The notes below the pieces were generated by a model, which was given only the letters and a program-made list of their open reading frames with translations, did no database searches and had not been told where the DNA came from. Of a stretch of DNA of 33,017 bases, positions 18,085 to 27,886 are shown piece after piece. The DNA comes from Acidimicrobiales bacterium (GTDB taxonomy: Bacteria > Actinomycetota > Acidimicrobiia > Acidimicrobiales > SZUA-35). The stretch is taken from contig JBPEXC010000060.1 in assembly GCA_052032035.1 (NCBI GenBank), positions 1-33,017 of the forward strand, given 5' to 3'. Position 1 is the stretch's first letter; each line of letters begins with the position of its first letter. The position numbers and the translations under genes are program-made.

Positions 18085-19505
18085 GAGGAAGCCGAAACGA
18101 TAGCGCCCCCGAACCCGGGTGGCACCTCCAACCCGAACAGACCTTCCAGGGCGGCCATCGTCTGCAGGACGCTGACGTCGGCGAGGTGGGGGCCGACGAT
18201 CTGGAGGCCCACGGGCAGGCCGTCGGCGGTGGCTCCGGCCCGCACGACGCCGGCCGGGTTGCGGGTGGCGTTGATGCCGTAGGTGAACTCGACCCAGGCC
18301 GGCGTGGCCACCCCGTCGACGGTGCCGCCGATCTCCCCGATCACCGGGGTCTGGCCGGCGCAGGCGGGGGTGAGCAGGAACGGGGCGGTCTCGAAGACGC
18401 GCTCGAGCTGGAGGTTGTAGTGGTGGGCGGCGGCCTGGGCCCGAGCGAGGTCGACGGCGCTGGCGGCGAGCCCGTACTCGATCTGGGACCGCAACGACTC
18501 GTCGATCCGGGCCCAGTCGTCGGTGCCCTTGAGGTGGCCCTGGGCGAGGGCCCGGCTGGCGGCCCACGACACGAGCCACGGCTCGAGCGGGGGTTCGGGC
18601 CAGACGTCGTCGACCTCGACGATCTCGACGCCGGCGCCGGCCAACCGATCGACGGCGGCCGCCATCACGGTGGCGATCTCGGCGTCGACGGTGGCGAACC
18701 CCATCGTGGGCGCCCACGCCACCCGGGCGGGCAGGCGGCTGGCGCACACGGCGTCGTACCACGGGGCGCCGGAGCGGGGCAGGCTGAACGGGTCGCTCGG
18801 GTGGGGGCCGACGCAGACGTCGAGGGCGAAGCCGAGATCGGTCGCCCGGAGCGCCATCGGCCCCTTGACCGAGAACAGCCCGGAACCGGGCGGGTTGGGC
18901 CCGCCGTTGGGCACCCGGCCCTGCGAGGTCTTGATGCCGCTGAACCCGCACAGGGCCGACGGGATCCGGATCGAGCCGCCGCCGTCGGAGCCGGTGGCGA
19001 GCGGCACCATGCCGGCGGCCAGCGCCGCGGCCGAACCTCCCGACGACCCGCCCGGAGAGCGCTCGGGGTTCCACGGGTTGCGGGTGGCCCCGGTCAGTGG
19101 CGACTCGGTGACGCCCTTGTGGCCGTACTCGGGCGTCGTGGTCTTGCCGACGACCACGCAGCCGGCGGCGCGGAGCCGGGCGACGAGCACGCTGTCACCC
19201 TCGGCCGGGGCGTCGCTGCTGAGCACGCTGCCGTAGCGGGTCGGCAGACCGGCGACGTCCTCGAGGTCCTTGACCGCGAGCGGCACCCCGGCGAGGGGGC
19301 CGACCCCCTCCCCCGCGGCGAGGCGGGCGTCGACCTCGGCGGCCTGGCGGCGGGCACCGTCCGCGTCGACGGTGACGAAGGCGTTGAGGGCACCGTCGAA
19401 GGCGGCGATGCGTTCGAGCGCCACCTCGATCAGGTCACGAGCCGACCAGCGTCCGCTCCGCACTCCGGCCGCAAGATCGGCCACCGACTCGGTCCGGAAG
19501 TCCAT
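18075..19505 (-). CDS. amidase signature family protein
   Basis: GVPLAVKDL (Lys), GKTTTPE, PGGSSGGS, GSDGGGSIRIPS (Ser-cisSer-Lys triad), GLPVGLQ. Confidence 0.92.
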   Translation of the reverse strand: MDFRTESVADLAAGVRSGRWSARDLIEVALERIAAFDGALNAFVTVDADGARRQAAEVDARLAAGEGVGPLAGVPLAVKDLEDVAGLPTRYGSVLSSDAPAEGDSVLVARLRAAGCVVVGKTTTPEYGHKGVTESPLTGATRNPWNPERSPGGSSGGSAAALAAGMVPLATGSDGGGSIRIPSALCGFSGIKTSQGRVPNGGPNPPGSGLFSVKGPMALRATDLGFALDVCVGPHPSDPFSLPRSGAPWYDAVCASRLPARVAWAPTMGFATVDAEIATVMAAAVDRLAGAGVEIVEVDDVWPEPPLEPWLVSWAASRALAQGHLKGTDDWARIDESLRSQIEYGLAASAVDLARAQAAAHHYNLQLERVFETAPFLLTPACAGQTPVIGEIGGTVDGVATPAWVEFTYGINATRNPAGVVRAGATADGLPVGLQIVGPHLADVSVLQTMAALEGLFGLEVPPGFGGAIVSASSDR

Positions 19506-19532
19506 GGCCGAACGGTAGTCCCGCGCGGCGGG

Positions 19533-20153
19533 TCACCCCAGGCAGACGGTGATCCCGTTCGCCAGGGCCACCTCGCGCAGGGTCGTCGCCGGGCAGGACC
19601 CGCCCGGCTCGTAGGCGCCGATGACCCGACCGTCGTTGAGCCCGTCGCACGGCACCGCCAGGAGTTGCGGTCCGGGGAGGATGCGCACACAGGCACCGGC
19701 GTCGACGCCGATGTCGGGGCCCGGCACCGTGGTCGGGCCCGACCCGCCCCGGGTGTTGGCGTAGGCGGTGAACACGAAGATGCCGACGAGCAGCACCAGC
19801 ATCGCCAGCACCGGGAACACCCGGAGCATCACGTTGTGGCTGGTCTCGGTCTGTTCGAACTGGGCGTTGCGCCGGGCCTCGAGGATCTCGGGGTCGATCA
19901 GCCGGGGATCGATCCGGATCGTGCGCCCCTCGCGCGCCACCCGGTCGTACTCCCGGCGGCGTTCGGCGTCGCCCAGCACCCGCCACGCCTCGTTGACCGC
20001 CCGCATCGAGTCGGCCGCCCGCTCCTGGGCCTCGGAGCTCTCACCGACGAAGCGGTCGGGGTGCCAACGCCGAGCGGCGTCGTGATAGGCCCGCCGCACG
20101 TCGTCGTGGGCGGCCGACCGGTCGATGCCGAGGGTGTCGTAGTGGCTGGACAT
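19533..20153 (-). CDS. J-domain (DnaJ-like) membrane protein with Cys-containing C-terminal domain
   Basis: HYDTLGI...AY...WHPD...VNEAWRVLGD..RR.EYD; one TM helix; four Cys in the C-terminal domain. Confidence 0.85.
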   Translation of the reverse strand: MSSHYDTLGIDRSAAHDDVRRAYHDAARRWHPDRFVGESSEAQERAADSMRAVNEAWRVLGDAERRREYDRVAREGRTIRIDPRLIDPEILEARRNAQFEQTETSHNVMLRVFPVLAMLVLLVGIFVFTAYANTRGGSGPTTVPGPDIGVDAGACVRILPGPQLLAVPCDGLNDGRVIGAYEPGGSCPATTLREVALANGITVCLG

Positions 20154-20188
20154 GACACCCTCACGATACGGGCGCGAGACTCCCCGAC

Positions 20189-21214
20189 ATGAAGCTCGCA
20201 CTTGGATTGGGTTATTGGTCGTCGGGTCCGCCGCAGGGCGCGACCGAACAGATCGCGGCGGCCGAGGACCTCGGCTTCGATTCGGTGTGGACCGCCGAGG
20301 CCTACGGGTCCGACGCCCTGACGCCGCTGGCGTGGTGGGGCGCGGCCACCGAACGGATCGGGCTCGGCACGTCGATCTGCCAGATCTCGGCCCGCACCCC
20401 GGCGGCGATGGCGATGGCGGCGATGACGATGGACCACCTCAGCGACGGCCGGTTCCGGCTCGGCCTCGGCGTCTCGGGCCCCCAGGTGGTCGAGGGGTGG
20501 TACGGCCAGCCCTATCCGAAGCCGTTGGCCCGCACCCGCGAGTACGTCGAGATCGTGCGGTCGATCGTCGCCCGCGAGGAACCGGTGACCCACGACGGCA
20601 GCCACTACCAGCTCCCCTACGACGGCGGCACCGGCCTCGGCAAGCCGCTCAAGTCGACCCTGCATCCCCGCCGCACCGACATCCCGATCTATCTCGGCGC
20701 CGAGGGCCCCAAGAACGTGGCGATGACCGCCGAGATCGCCGATGGGTGGCTGCCCCTGTTCTTCTCGCCGAAGGACAACGACTTCTACGCCACCAACCTG
20801 GCCGAGGGGTTCGCCCGTCCCGGCGCGCGCCAGACCGCGGAGACGTTCGACGTGGCGGCCGTGATCCCGGTCGTGCCCGACGGTGACGTCGAAGCGGCGG
20901 CCGACAAGGTGCGGCCGATGCTGGCCCTTTACGCCGGCGGCATGGGCGCCAAGGAGGCCAACTTCCACCTCAACGTGTTCGCCCGGATGGGTTGGGCCGA
21001 CGTGTGCGAGAAGATCCAGGACCTCTACCTGGCCGGCGACAAGAAGGCGGCGATCGCGGCCGTGCCGACCGAGATGGTCGAGGACGTCGCCCTCGTCGGA
21101 CCGCCGGAGAAGATCCGCGACGACCTGGCGAAGTGGGACGAATCGGTGGTCGACACCGCCGTGGTGTCGGGGCCGCCGGCCCTCCTCGAACTGATGGCGG
21201 GCGTCGTCGGCTGA
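20189..21214 (+). CDS. LLM class F420-dependent oxidoreductase
   Basis: WTAEAYGSDA, ARTPA, GRFRLGLGVSGPQVVEGWYG, GAEGPKNV, EIADGW. Confidence 0.9.
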   Translation: MKLALGLGYWSSGPPQGATEQIAAAEDLGFDSVWTAEAYGSDALTPLAWWGAATERIGLGTSICQISARTPAAMAMAAMTMDHLSDGRFRLGLGVSGPQVVEGWYGQPYPKPLARTREYVEIVRSIVAREEPVTHDGSHYQLPYDGGTGLGKPLKSTLHPRRTDIPIYLGAEGPKNVAMTAEIADGWLPLFFSPKDNDFYATNLAEGFARPGARQTAETFDVAAVIPVVPDGDVEAAADKVRPMLALYAGGMGAKEANFHLNVFARMGWADVCEKIQDLYLAGDKKAAIAAVPTEMVEDVALVGPPEKIRDDLAKWDESVVDTAVVSGPPALLELMAGVVG

Positions 21215-21224
21215 CGTCGCAGCG

Positions 21225-22013
21225 TCAGCCGAGCTCGGCGCCCGACTTGGCGATCATCGCGTCGAGTCGGGCGTCCTGCCGTTCGGCCACGCCGACCACG
21301 AGCCGGGCCGCCAGGAAGGCGGCGACGGCGCCGGTGACGCCGGAGGCGGCCAGGCACATGGACCGATAGAGGGTCGACTCGAAGCCGAGCGAGATCACGA
21401 GCAGGTACTCGTGGAGCACGAACGTGGTCACCCAGATCGGGGCGAAGTGGGGCAGGCCGTCCTCGTGGCCGGTGGGCTGCGAGCTCGTGCGCCACAGCAT
21501 GTCCATGCACGCGTAGTGGACCCGGGGCCAGAACAGCTGGACGTAGACGAGCATCGCGCCGGCGATCAGCAGCAGGAGCGGCGCCGCCGACGGGATGGCG
21601 CCGGCGAAGGACAGGACGGCGACCAGCAGGGGGAAGACGAAGACCTGCTTCTTCACCATCGACCAGAACTCGATGCGGGGGCTCTTGCCGAGATTGCGGA
21701 CGTTGCCCCGCACCCGGACCCACCACACGATCGTCACCATCCACAGCAGCACGGTCTCGAACTGGATGGCGACCAGGGCCGCCGAGATCAGCCGATCCTG
21801 GGTGTCGCTGCGCGTGGTGGCGGCCGACATCAGGCCGGCCAGGGTCATCGCCAGCCCGAGGGGGATGTGGATGAGCAGCATCGTGGCCAGGGCCCGACTC
21901 AACGAGTAGACCGAGTCGTAGCCGTCGATGATCTCGACGATCTTCTCCGCCCGCCGGTTCTGCATCCGGCTGCGGTTCCGCGAGATCGACTGGGTTCGTG
22001 AACCTGCGCCCAT
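21225..22013 (-). CDS. hypothetical integral membrane protein (possibly DUF4328-like)
   Basis: About 5-6 hydrophobic segments; fills the gap between known genes; codon use like its neighbours. Confidence 0.65.
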   Translation of the reverse strand: MGAGSRTQSISRNRSRMQNRRAEKIVEIIDGYDSVYSLSRALATMLLIHIPLGLAMTLAGLMSAATTRSDTQDRLISAALVAIQFETVLLWMVTIVWWVRVRGNVRNLGKSPRIEFWSMVKKQVFVFPLLVAVLSFAGAIPSAAPLLLLIAGAMLVYVQLFWPRVHYACMDMLWRTSSQPTGHEDGLPHFAPIWVTTFVLHEYLLVISLGFESTLYRSMCLAASGVTGAVAAFLAARLVVGVAERQDARLDAMIAKSGAELG

Positions 22014-22065
22014 GGATCATTCATCGGCGCAGGTCAGCGCGACTTGAGCGCCGCGCAACCCGGGG

Positions 22066-22926
22066 TCAGGTCCCGACCGCGAGGCCCGCCGCGAGCAACA
22101 CCCCGGTGGCGAGCTGGGCCTTGCCGGTCTGCCCGAGGACCGGGATCAGGGCTGCGCCCATCGCTCCCGACCGCACGGCCCGCACCGCCGGCACCGCGAC
22201 CGCCAGGCCGAGCAGGCCCACGAGGGCGGGCGGCCGCCACAGGGCCGACGCCGCGATCCCGACGGCCACCCCGACGAAGCACAGCAGGAACGCCGTGCGG
22301 GTGGCCGGGTCGCCGAGGCGGACGGCGAGGGTCGACTTGCCGGCGACCGTGTCGCCGGGGATGTCGCGCAGGTTGTTGATGATCAGCAGGGCGACGGCGA
22401 GGAGGCCGACCGGCACCGAGACGACGATGGCGAGGGCGTCGACCGATTCGGTCTGGACGTAGGCCGAGCCGACGGTGGCGACGACGCCGAAGAACACGAA
22501 GACGAACACCTCGCCGAGGCCGAGGTAGCCGTAGGGGCGGGGTCCTCCGGTGTAGGCCCAGCCGGCGAGCATCGAGGCGACGCCGACGACGAACAGCTCG
22601 GGGCCGACCGCCAGGGCGAGGGCTCCGCCGGCGACGCCGGCGACGGCGAACGCTCCGAGGGCCGCCTTCTTGACCGCACCGGCCGAGGCGAGGCCGCTGC
22701 CGACGAGGCGGGTCGGGCCCACCCGGTCGGTGTCGGTGCCCCGCTCACCGTCCGCGTAGTCGTTGACGTAGTTGGTGGCGACCTGGAGGGCGAGGCTGAC
22801 GACGAGGGCGGCGAGGGCGCGCCAGGCGGTGAAGGTCGGCAGGGCGGCGGCGGTGCCGACGGCCACGGGCACCACCGCAGCGGGCAGGGTGCGGGGCCGG
22901 GCCCCCAGGATCCAACGGTTGGTCAC
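22066..22926 (-). CDS. menA: 1,4-dihydroxy-2-naphthoate polyprenyltransferase
   Basis: WILGARPRTLPAA, NYVNDYADG.RGTD..RVGP.R, YTGGP.PYGY.GLGE, NNLRDI.GD...GK.TLAVRLG. Confidence 0.95.
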   Translation of the reverse strand: MTNRWILGARPRTLPAAVVPVAVGTAAALPTFTAWRALAALVVSLALQVATNYVNDYADGERGTDTDRVGPTRLVGSGLASAGAVKKAALGAFAVAGVAGGALALAVGPELFVVGVASMLAGWAYTGGPRPYGYLGLGEVFVFVFFGVVATVGSAYVQTESVDALAIVVSVPVGLLAVALLIINNLRDIPGDTVAGKSTLAVRLGDPATRTAFLLCFVGVAVGIAASALWRPPALVGLLGLAVAVPAVRAVRSGAMGAALIPVLGQTGKAQLATGVLLAAGLAVGT

Positions 22927-24275
22927 GACGGGTCCTGCTCGGCGAGCAGCCGCTCGACCAGTCGTTCGAGTCCGGCGACGCGGCTGCCCTTGACCAGCAC
23001 GGCATCGCCCTCACCGATCGCCCCGACGGCGGCGAGTGCGCCCTCCATGTCGGCATCGAGGTCGGCGACGTGGCGCGCCGCGCCGCCGTAGGCGGGGGCA
23101 CCGACGGCGATCACGTCGATCCCGACGGCGGCGGCCTCGGCCGCGATCGCCGCGTGTTCGGCCTCACCGTCGTCGCCGAGTTCCCCCATCACCCCCATCA
23201 CCGCCACCCGCCGACCGGCGACGTCGACCGCTCGGAGGGCCTCGAGGGCGGCCCGCATCGAGGTCGGGTTGGCGTTGTAGGCGTCGTCGAGCACGAGGGC
23301 CCCGGCCGCCGTGGTGGTGACGTCCATCCGGTGGGCCGACAGGGTGGCGGCGGCGATGCCGTCGGCGGCGGCTTCGAGGGGCACGCCCACGATGCCGGCC
23401 ACGGTGAGGGCGGCGGCGGCGTTGGTGGCCATGTGGGCGCCGCTGACCGGGACGGTGACCCTGACCGACCCCCACGGGGTGTCGAGGGTGGCGGTCGGCC
23501 GGGCCAGGGCGTCGAGGCCGACGTCGACGATGCGGACGTCGGCATCGGCGTGGTGGCCGTAGGTGAACACCGCGGCCCGGGTGCGGGCGGCCATGGCGAG
23601 GACCCGGGGGTCGTCGTGGTTGAGCACGGCGGTGCCGGCCTGGCCGAGGGCCTCGACCAGTTCGCCCTTGGCGGCGGCGACCCCGTCGAGGTCGCCGAGC
23701 AGTTCGGTGTGGGCCGACGCCACCCGGGTCACCACCGCGATGGTCGGCCGCGCGATGCGGCACAGGTGGGCGATGTGACCGAGCCCGCGGGCGCCCATCT
23801 CGCAGACCGCCACCTCGGTGTCGCCCGGGGCGTTGACCAGCGTGAGCGGCAGACCCAGCTCGTTGTTGAACGACGCCGGGTTGGCGTGGGTGCGCTTCGT
23901 GGCGGCGCAGGCGGCGGCGATCAGGTCCTTGACCGAGGTCTTGCCGACGCTGCCGGTGACCCCGACGACCGGCGCCGGCGTGAGCCGGTCGCGAGACGCG
24001 ACGGCCAGCAGGTTCAGGGCCTCGGTGGTGTCGCGCACCTCGATGCGGGGCCCGTTGGCGACGTCGCCCCGGGAGGTGAGGTAGGCGCCGGCCCCGGCGG
24101 TGAGGGCGGCCTGGGCGAAGTCGTGGCCGTCGCGGTCGGCGACGACGGGCACGAACAGGGCGCCGGGTGCCACCGAGCGGGAGTCGATCGTGGCGCCGGT
24201 GACGGTGACGTCGGGGCCGTGGAGGGTGCCGCCGACCGTGGCGGCGAGGGCGGAGGCGAGGAACTGCACGATCAC
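22923..24275 (-). CDS. murF: UDP-N-acetylmuramoyl-tripeptide--D-Ala-D-Ala ligase
   Basis: IDSR, DGHDF, GVTGSVGKTSVKD, SFNNELGLPLT, EMGARG.GHI, DDAYNANPTSM, MGELG, VLVKGSR. Confidence 0.95.
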   Translation of the reverse strand: MIVQFLASALAATVGGTLHGPDVTVTGATIDSRSVAPGALFVPVVADRDGHDFAQAALTAGAGAYLTSRGDVANGPRIEVRDTTEALNLLAVASRDRLTPAPVVGVTGSVGKTSVKDLIAAACAATKRTHANPASFNNELGLPLTLVNAPGDTEVAVCEMGARGLGHIAHLCRIARPTIAVVTRVASAHTELLGDLDGVAAAKGELVEALGQAGTAVLNHDDPRVLAMAARTRAAVFTYGHHADADVRIVDVGLDALARPTATLDTPWGSVRVTVPVSGAHMATNAAAALTVAGIVGVPLEAAADGIAAATLSAHRMDVTTTAAGALVLDDAYNANPTSMRAALEALRAVDVAGRRVAVMGVMGELGDDGEAEHAAIAAEAAAVGIDVIAVGAPAYGGAARHVADLDADMEGALAAVGAIGEGDAVLVKGSRVAGLERLVERLLAEQDPS

Positions 24276-24304
24276 CGTTCTACCGGGGAAGTACCCTCCG
24301 GCGG

Positions 24305-25381
24305 GTGACCGAACCCGGCAAGATCCGCCTCGTCGTCCTCTTCGGAGGTCAGTCGGCCGAGCACGACGTGTCGTGCACCACGGCCACCCACGTGATCACG
24401 GCCGCCGCAGCGTCGGGCCACTACGAGATCGAGCCGGTGGGGATCACCCGCGACGGCACCTGGGTGCGGGCCGAGGCCGCGGCCGAACTGTTGGCGGCCA
24501 AGGAGGCCCTGCCGCCGGCGCTGTCGCCGGACGGGCCGGCCGTCGAGCCGGGGGCACTGCTCTCCCCCGTCGGCGAGACGGCGACGGTCGCGCTGCCGTT
24601 GCTGCACGGCCCCCTCGGCGAGGACGGCACCGTCCAGGGACTGTTCGAGCTGGCCGGCGTGCCCTACGTGGGGTCCGGGGTCCTCGGCTCGGCACTGGCG
24701 ATGGACAAGGTGAAGGCCAAGGAGGCGATCGCCCACGCCGGGATCGCCCAGACCCGGTGGCGGCCGCTGTTCGAGCCGACGTGGGACGGCGATCTCGACG
24801 CGATCGTCGACGACCTCGGCCTGCCGGCGTTCGTGAAGCCGGCGAACATGGGCTCGTCGGTCGGGGTGTCGAAGTGTCGGACCGTCGAGGAGTTGGCGGC
24901 CGGCATCGAGGCGGCGTTCCGGTACGACGAGTGGGTGGTGGTCGAGGAGGCGGTGACGGCTCGGGAGATCGAGCTGGCCGTGCTCGGCAACGTCGAGCTG
25001 CGGGTGTCGGTGGCGGGCGAGATCCTGCCGGCGGCCGACTTCTACGACTACGACGACAAGTACCTGGCCGGCAACAGTTCCGAGGTCATCCCCGCCGTGC
25101 TGCCCGACGGTACCGAGGCCGAACTGCAGCGCCTGGCGGCCGACGCGTTCCGGGTGCTGCGGTGCGAGGGGTTGGCCCGGGCCGACTTCCTCTACGAGGA
25201 GGGCGGCCGCGGTCCGCTGCTCAACGAGCTCAACACGATGCCGGGCTTCACCCCGATCTCGATGTACCCCAAGCTGTGGGCGGCGTCGGGCCTCGACTAC
25301 CCCGACCTGATCGACGAGCTCGTCCGCCTCGCCGTCGAGCGGCACGGCCGACGTGCGAGCAAGCGCATCACGACTCGCTGA
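24305..25381 (+). CDS. ddl: D-alanine--D-alanine ligase
   Basis: LFGGQSAEHDVS, LHGPLGEDGTVQG, MDK, FVKPANMGSSVG, FYDYDDKY (Tyr omega loop), NELNTMPGFT. Confidence 0.96.
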   Translation: MTEPGKIRLVVLFGGQSAEHDVSCTTATHVITAAAASGHYEIEPVGITRDGTWVRAEAAAELLAAKEALPPALSPDGPAVEPGALLSPVGETATVALPLLHGPLGEDGTVQGLFELAGVPYVGSGVLGSALAMDKVKAKEAIAHAGIAQTRWRPLFEPTWDGDLDAIVDDLGLPAFVKPANMGSSVGVSKCRTVEELAAGIEAAFRYDEWVVVEEAVTAREIELAVLGNVELRVSVAGEILPAADFYDYDDKYLAGNSSEVIPAVLPDGTEAELQRLAADAFRVLRCEGLARADFLYEEGGRGPLLNELNTMPGFTPISMYPKLWAASGLDYPDLIDELVRLAVERHGRRASKRITTR

Positions 25382-25400
25382 GGCGGCCGCCCCGGCGCGG

Positions 25401-26645
25401 ATGGGGCCCGACTTCCGGCGGCTCGTCGCCTCGTCGTGGAGTTCCAACCTCGGCGACGGGATCGCGATCGCCGCCGCGCCCCTGCTCGTCGCGTCGCAGA
25501 CCGACAGCGCCTTCCTGATCGCTGCCGCCCTCGGCCTCCAGCGACTGCCGTGGGCCGTGCTCGGGCTCTACGCCGGCGCCATCGCCGACCGGGTCGACCG
25601 GCGGCGCCTGATCGTGGCGGCCAATTTGGCACGCGTCGTGGTCCTGGCGGTGCTGTCGGCGGCGTTGCTGGGAGACGCGGTGAACGTGGCGGTGGTGCTC
25701 GCCGCGGTGGCGTTGCTCGGCACGGCGGAGACGTTCGCCGACGTGGCCTCCGGCACGCTGCTGCCGATGATCGTCGACGCCGACGACCTCGGGGTGGCCA
25801 ATGCCCGCCTCGGGTTCGGCCGGATCACGCTCAATCAACTGGCCGGGCCGGCGATCGGCGCCTTCCTGTTCGCCGCCTCGAGCGCCCTGCCGTTCCTGAC
25901 CCAGGCCACCACCGTCGCACTCGCCGCCGTCGTCGTCGCCAGGATGGCGATCCCGGCCCCGGTCACGCGACCGAACCCGACCTCGGTCCGGGCCGACATC
26001 GTCGAGGGCGCCCGCTGGGTGTGGTCGACGCCGCCGATCCGCACGCTGACGATCACGATCATCGCCTTCAACATCACCTTCGGGGCGCTCTCCGGCGTGC
26101 TGGTGCTGGCCGCCCGCCAGCGCCTGGGACTGGCCGACTCCGGTTTCGGGCTGCTGCTGTCGACCAGCGCGGTGGGCGGCGTGCTCGGCACGATGATCTA
26201 CGGCCGGCTCGAGCGCTCCCTCGGACGCACCTGGATCCTCCGGGTCGGGCTGCTGGTGGAGACGCTCACCCAGCTCGCGTTCGCCTGGTCGACGAGCGTG
26301 GCGGTGGTGTTCCCGGTCTTCTTCGTGTTCGGGATCCACGAGGCCGCGTGGGGCGCGACGGTGGCCACCATTCGGCAGCGGCTGGTGCCCGAACACCTCA
26401 TGGGGCGGGTCGGGAGCGTCTACTCGGTCGGGCTGTTCGGCAGCCTCGTGGTCGGGTCGACCGTGGGCGGGCTCATCGCGGACCGCTGGGGCGTCACCGC
26501 GCCGATGTGGTTCGGCTTCGCCGGCTCGGCGGGGTTGCTGCTCGTGCTCTGGCGACCGCTCGCCGCCCTCGTCACTCCAGGTCCGGATCGTCCTTCGGCG
26601 GCCGGTACAGCCGGCCCAGATAGCAGTCGAGGCCATAGGCAGTGA
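25401..26645 (+). CDS. MFS transporter (DHA3/H+ antiporter-like)
   Basis: SNLGDG, GAIADRVDRRRL (motif A), about 12 TM helices, RQRLVPEHLMGRV. Alternative GTG start at 25353. Confidence 0.88.
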   Translation: MGPDFRRLVASSWSSNLGDGIAIAAAPLLVASQTDSAFLIAAALGLQRLPWAVLGLYAGAIADRVDRRRLIVAANLARVVVLAVLSAALLGDAVNVAVVLAAVALLGTAETFADVASGTLLPMIVDADDLGVANARLGFGRITLNQLAGPAIGAFLFAASSALPFLTQATTVALAAVVVARMAIPAPVTRPNPTSVRADIVEGARWVWSTPPIRTLTITIIAFNITFGALSGVLVLAARQRLGLADSGFGLLLSTSAVGGVLGTMIYGRLERSLGRTWILRVGLLVETLTQLAFAWSTSVAVVFPVFFVFGIHEAAWGATVATIRQRLVPEHLMGRVGSVYSVGLFGSLVVGSTVGGLIADRWGVTAPMWFGFAGSAGLLLVLWRPLAALVTPGPDRPSAAGTAGPDSSRGHRQ

Positions 26646-27879
26646 GCGACTCGCCGAGCGGTTTCGACGGACCGTCGACCTCGGGTGGCTCGGCCTCGAG
26701 CGGCTTGGAGACCTTGGGCGGCGGCTTCCATCGGGTGCCGTCGAGGGTCACGACCATGAACAGCCCCGTCAGCTCCGGATGTCGTCGGAGACGCAGGTCG
26801 GGATGCTCGTGCAACGTGCGATGGTGGTGGCCGCAGATCATCGCCAGGCCGTCGACGCTGGTCTGCTGACGGTCCTCCCAGTGGACGACGTGGTGAGCGT
26901 GGAGGCCGGTGGTGACACCGCACCCGTCGATCACGCACTCGGGCTGCATCGTCGCCAGCACCTGTCGCATCCAGCCGGGTGCCAGGCGGGTCTCGTGCGA
27001 CACCCAGACCGGGTGCCCGCCACGCCGCAGCATCCAGCGGGCTCGGATGCGTTCGTCGAAGATCCGATCGAGTTCGGCGTCGGTGATCGGCGTGCCGTCG
27101 GGCGCCGCCACACCGTCGCTGCCCCCGGACTCCTCGAACTCGTCGAGGTCGATCGTGACCATCGCCAGGAAACGCTCGTTGACCGCCCCACCGCCGTTGG
27201 CGAGGAGGTGCCACAGCGCCTCGGCCATCGTGGCGTGGTGCATCGTGCCGTCGGGCTTGCGATGGGACAGCTCGGCCCGGGTCTGCGCCAACTGTTCCCG
27301 GATCGCGGCGCCGTGCGCGTCGGTCCAGCGGCCGTTCATGACGAAGCCGCCCTGGTGGTGGCCGACGAGGCTGACGTGGTCGACGATCTCCTGCGGGGGC
27401 GGTTCGGGATCGTTGAGCCGGCGGGTGTGGGCACACGTGCGCTGGAGCTGGCCGACGGACAGGTCGTTGGCGTAGCGGACGAGATCGGCCTCGGTCTCGC
27501 CGTCGCTCGACCGGGTGATCACGTCGGCGGCCGTGAGACCGAGCTCGCCGTTGGCGAACGCCGCCGACAGCGCCGGTCGCTCGGCTGCACCCCGCCCGAC
27601 CGTCAGGTACCTCGTGGCCTCGGAGGTAGAGAGGTGGAGCTCGTGGGAGATCCGGTGCTCGACCGACCGGAAGCCGAACCCGGCGCCGGACGGGTCGTCG
27701 TCGAGCGCCTCGGCCAAGTCGGCGACCGCGTCGGACAGCTCGGCCTGGAGGGCGTTGATCTGGCCGGTGATCCGTCGGGCTCGGCGCGACAGCAGCTCGA
27801 CCCGGTCGACGCCCGAACCCGCCGAGGCGCCGCCGGCGTCGTCACCAGCTCCGTTGTCGTAGAACCCCGCCGAATCCAT
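26572..27879 (-). CDS. DUF222 (13E12 repeat-like) protein with C-terminal HNH-type domain
   Basis: N-terminal 'GFRSVEH...L.LSTSEATR' helical region; C-terminal CVIDGC...HAHHVVHW...LAMICGHHH..LH. ATG at 27879 follows a -10-like box; the ORF track start is 27891. Confidence 0.82.
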   Translation of the reverse strand: MDSAGFYDNGAGDDAGGASAGSGVDRVELLSRRARRITGQINALQAELSDAVADLAEALDDDPSGAGFGFRSVEHRISHELHLSTSEATRYLTVGRGAAERPALSAAFANGELGLTAADVITRSSDGETEADLVRYANDLSVGQLQRTCAHTRRLNDPEPPPQEIVDHVSLVGHHQGGFVMNGRWTDAHGAAIREQLAQTRAELSHRKPDGTMHHATMAEALWHLLANGGGAVNERFLAMVTIDLDEFEESGGSDGVAAPDGTPITDAELDRIFDERIRARWMLRRGGHPVWVSHETRLAPGWMRQVLATMQPECVIDGCGVTTGLHAHHVVHWEDRQQTSVDGLAMICGHHHRTLHEHPDLRLRRHPELTGLFMVVTLDGTRWKPPPKVSKPLEAEPPEVDGPSKPLGESLTAYGLDCYLGRLYRPPKDDPDLE

Positions 27880-27886
27880 GGTCCCC

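Noticed and set aside
24305-25381. Vancomycin-resistance D-Ala-D-Lac ligase
   Set aside because: The omega loop has the Tyr of D-Ala-D-Ala ligases and no vanH/vanX/vanRS genes are adjacent.
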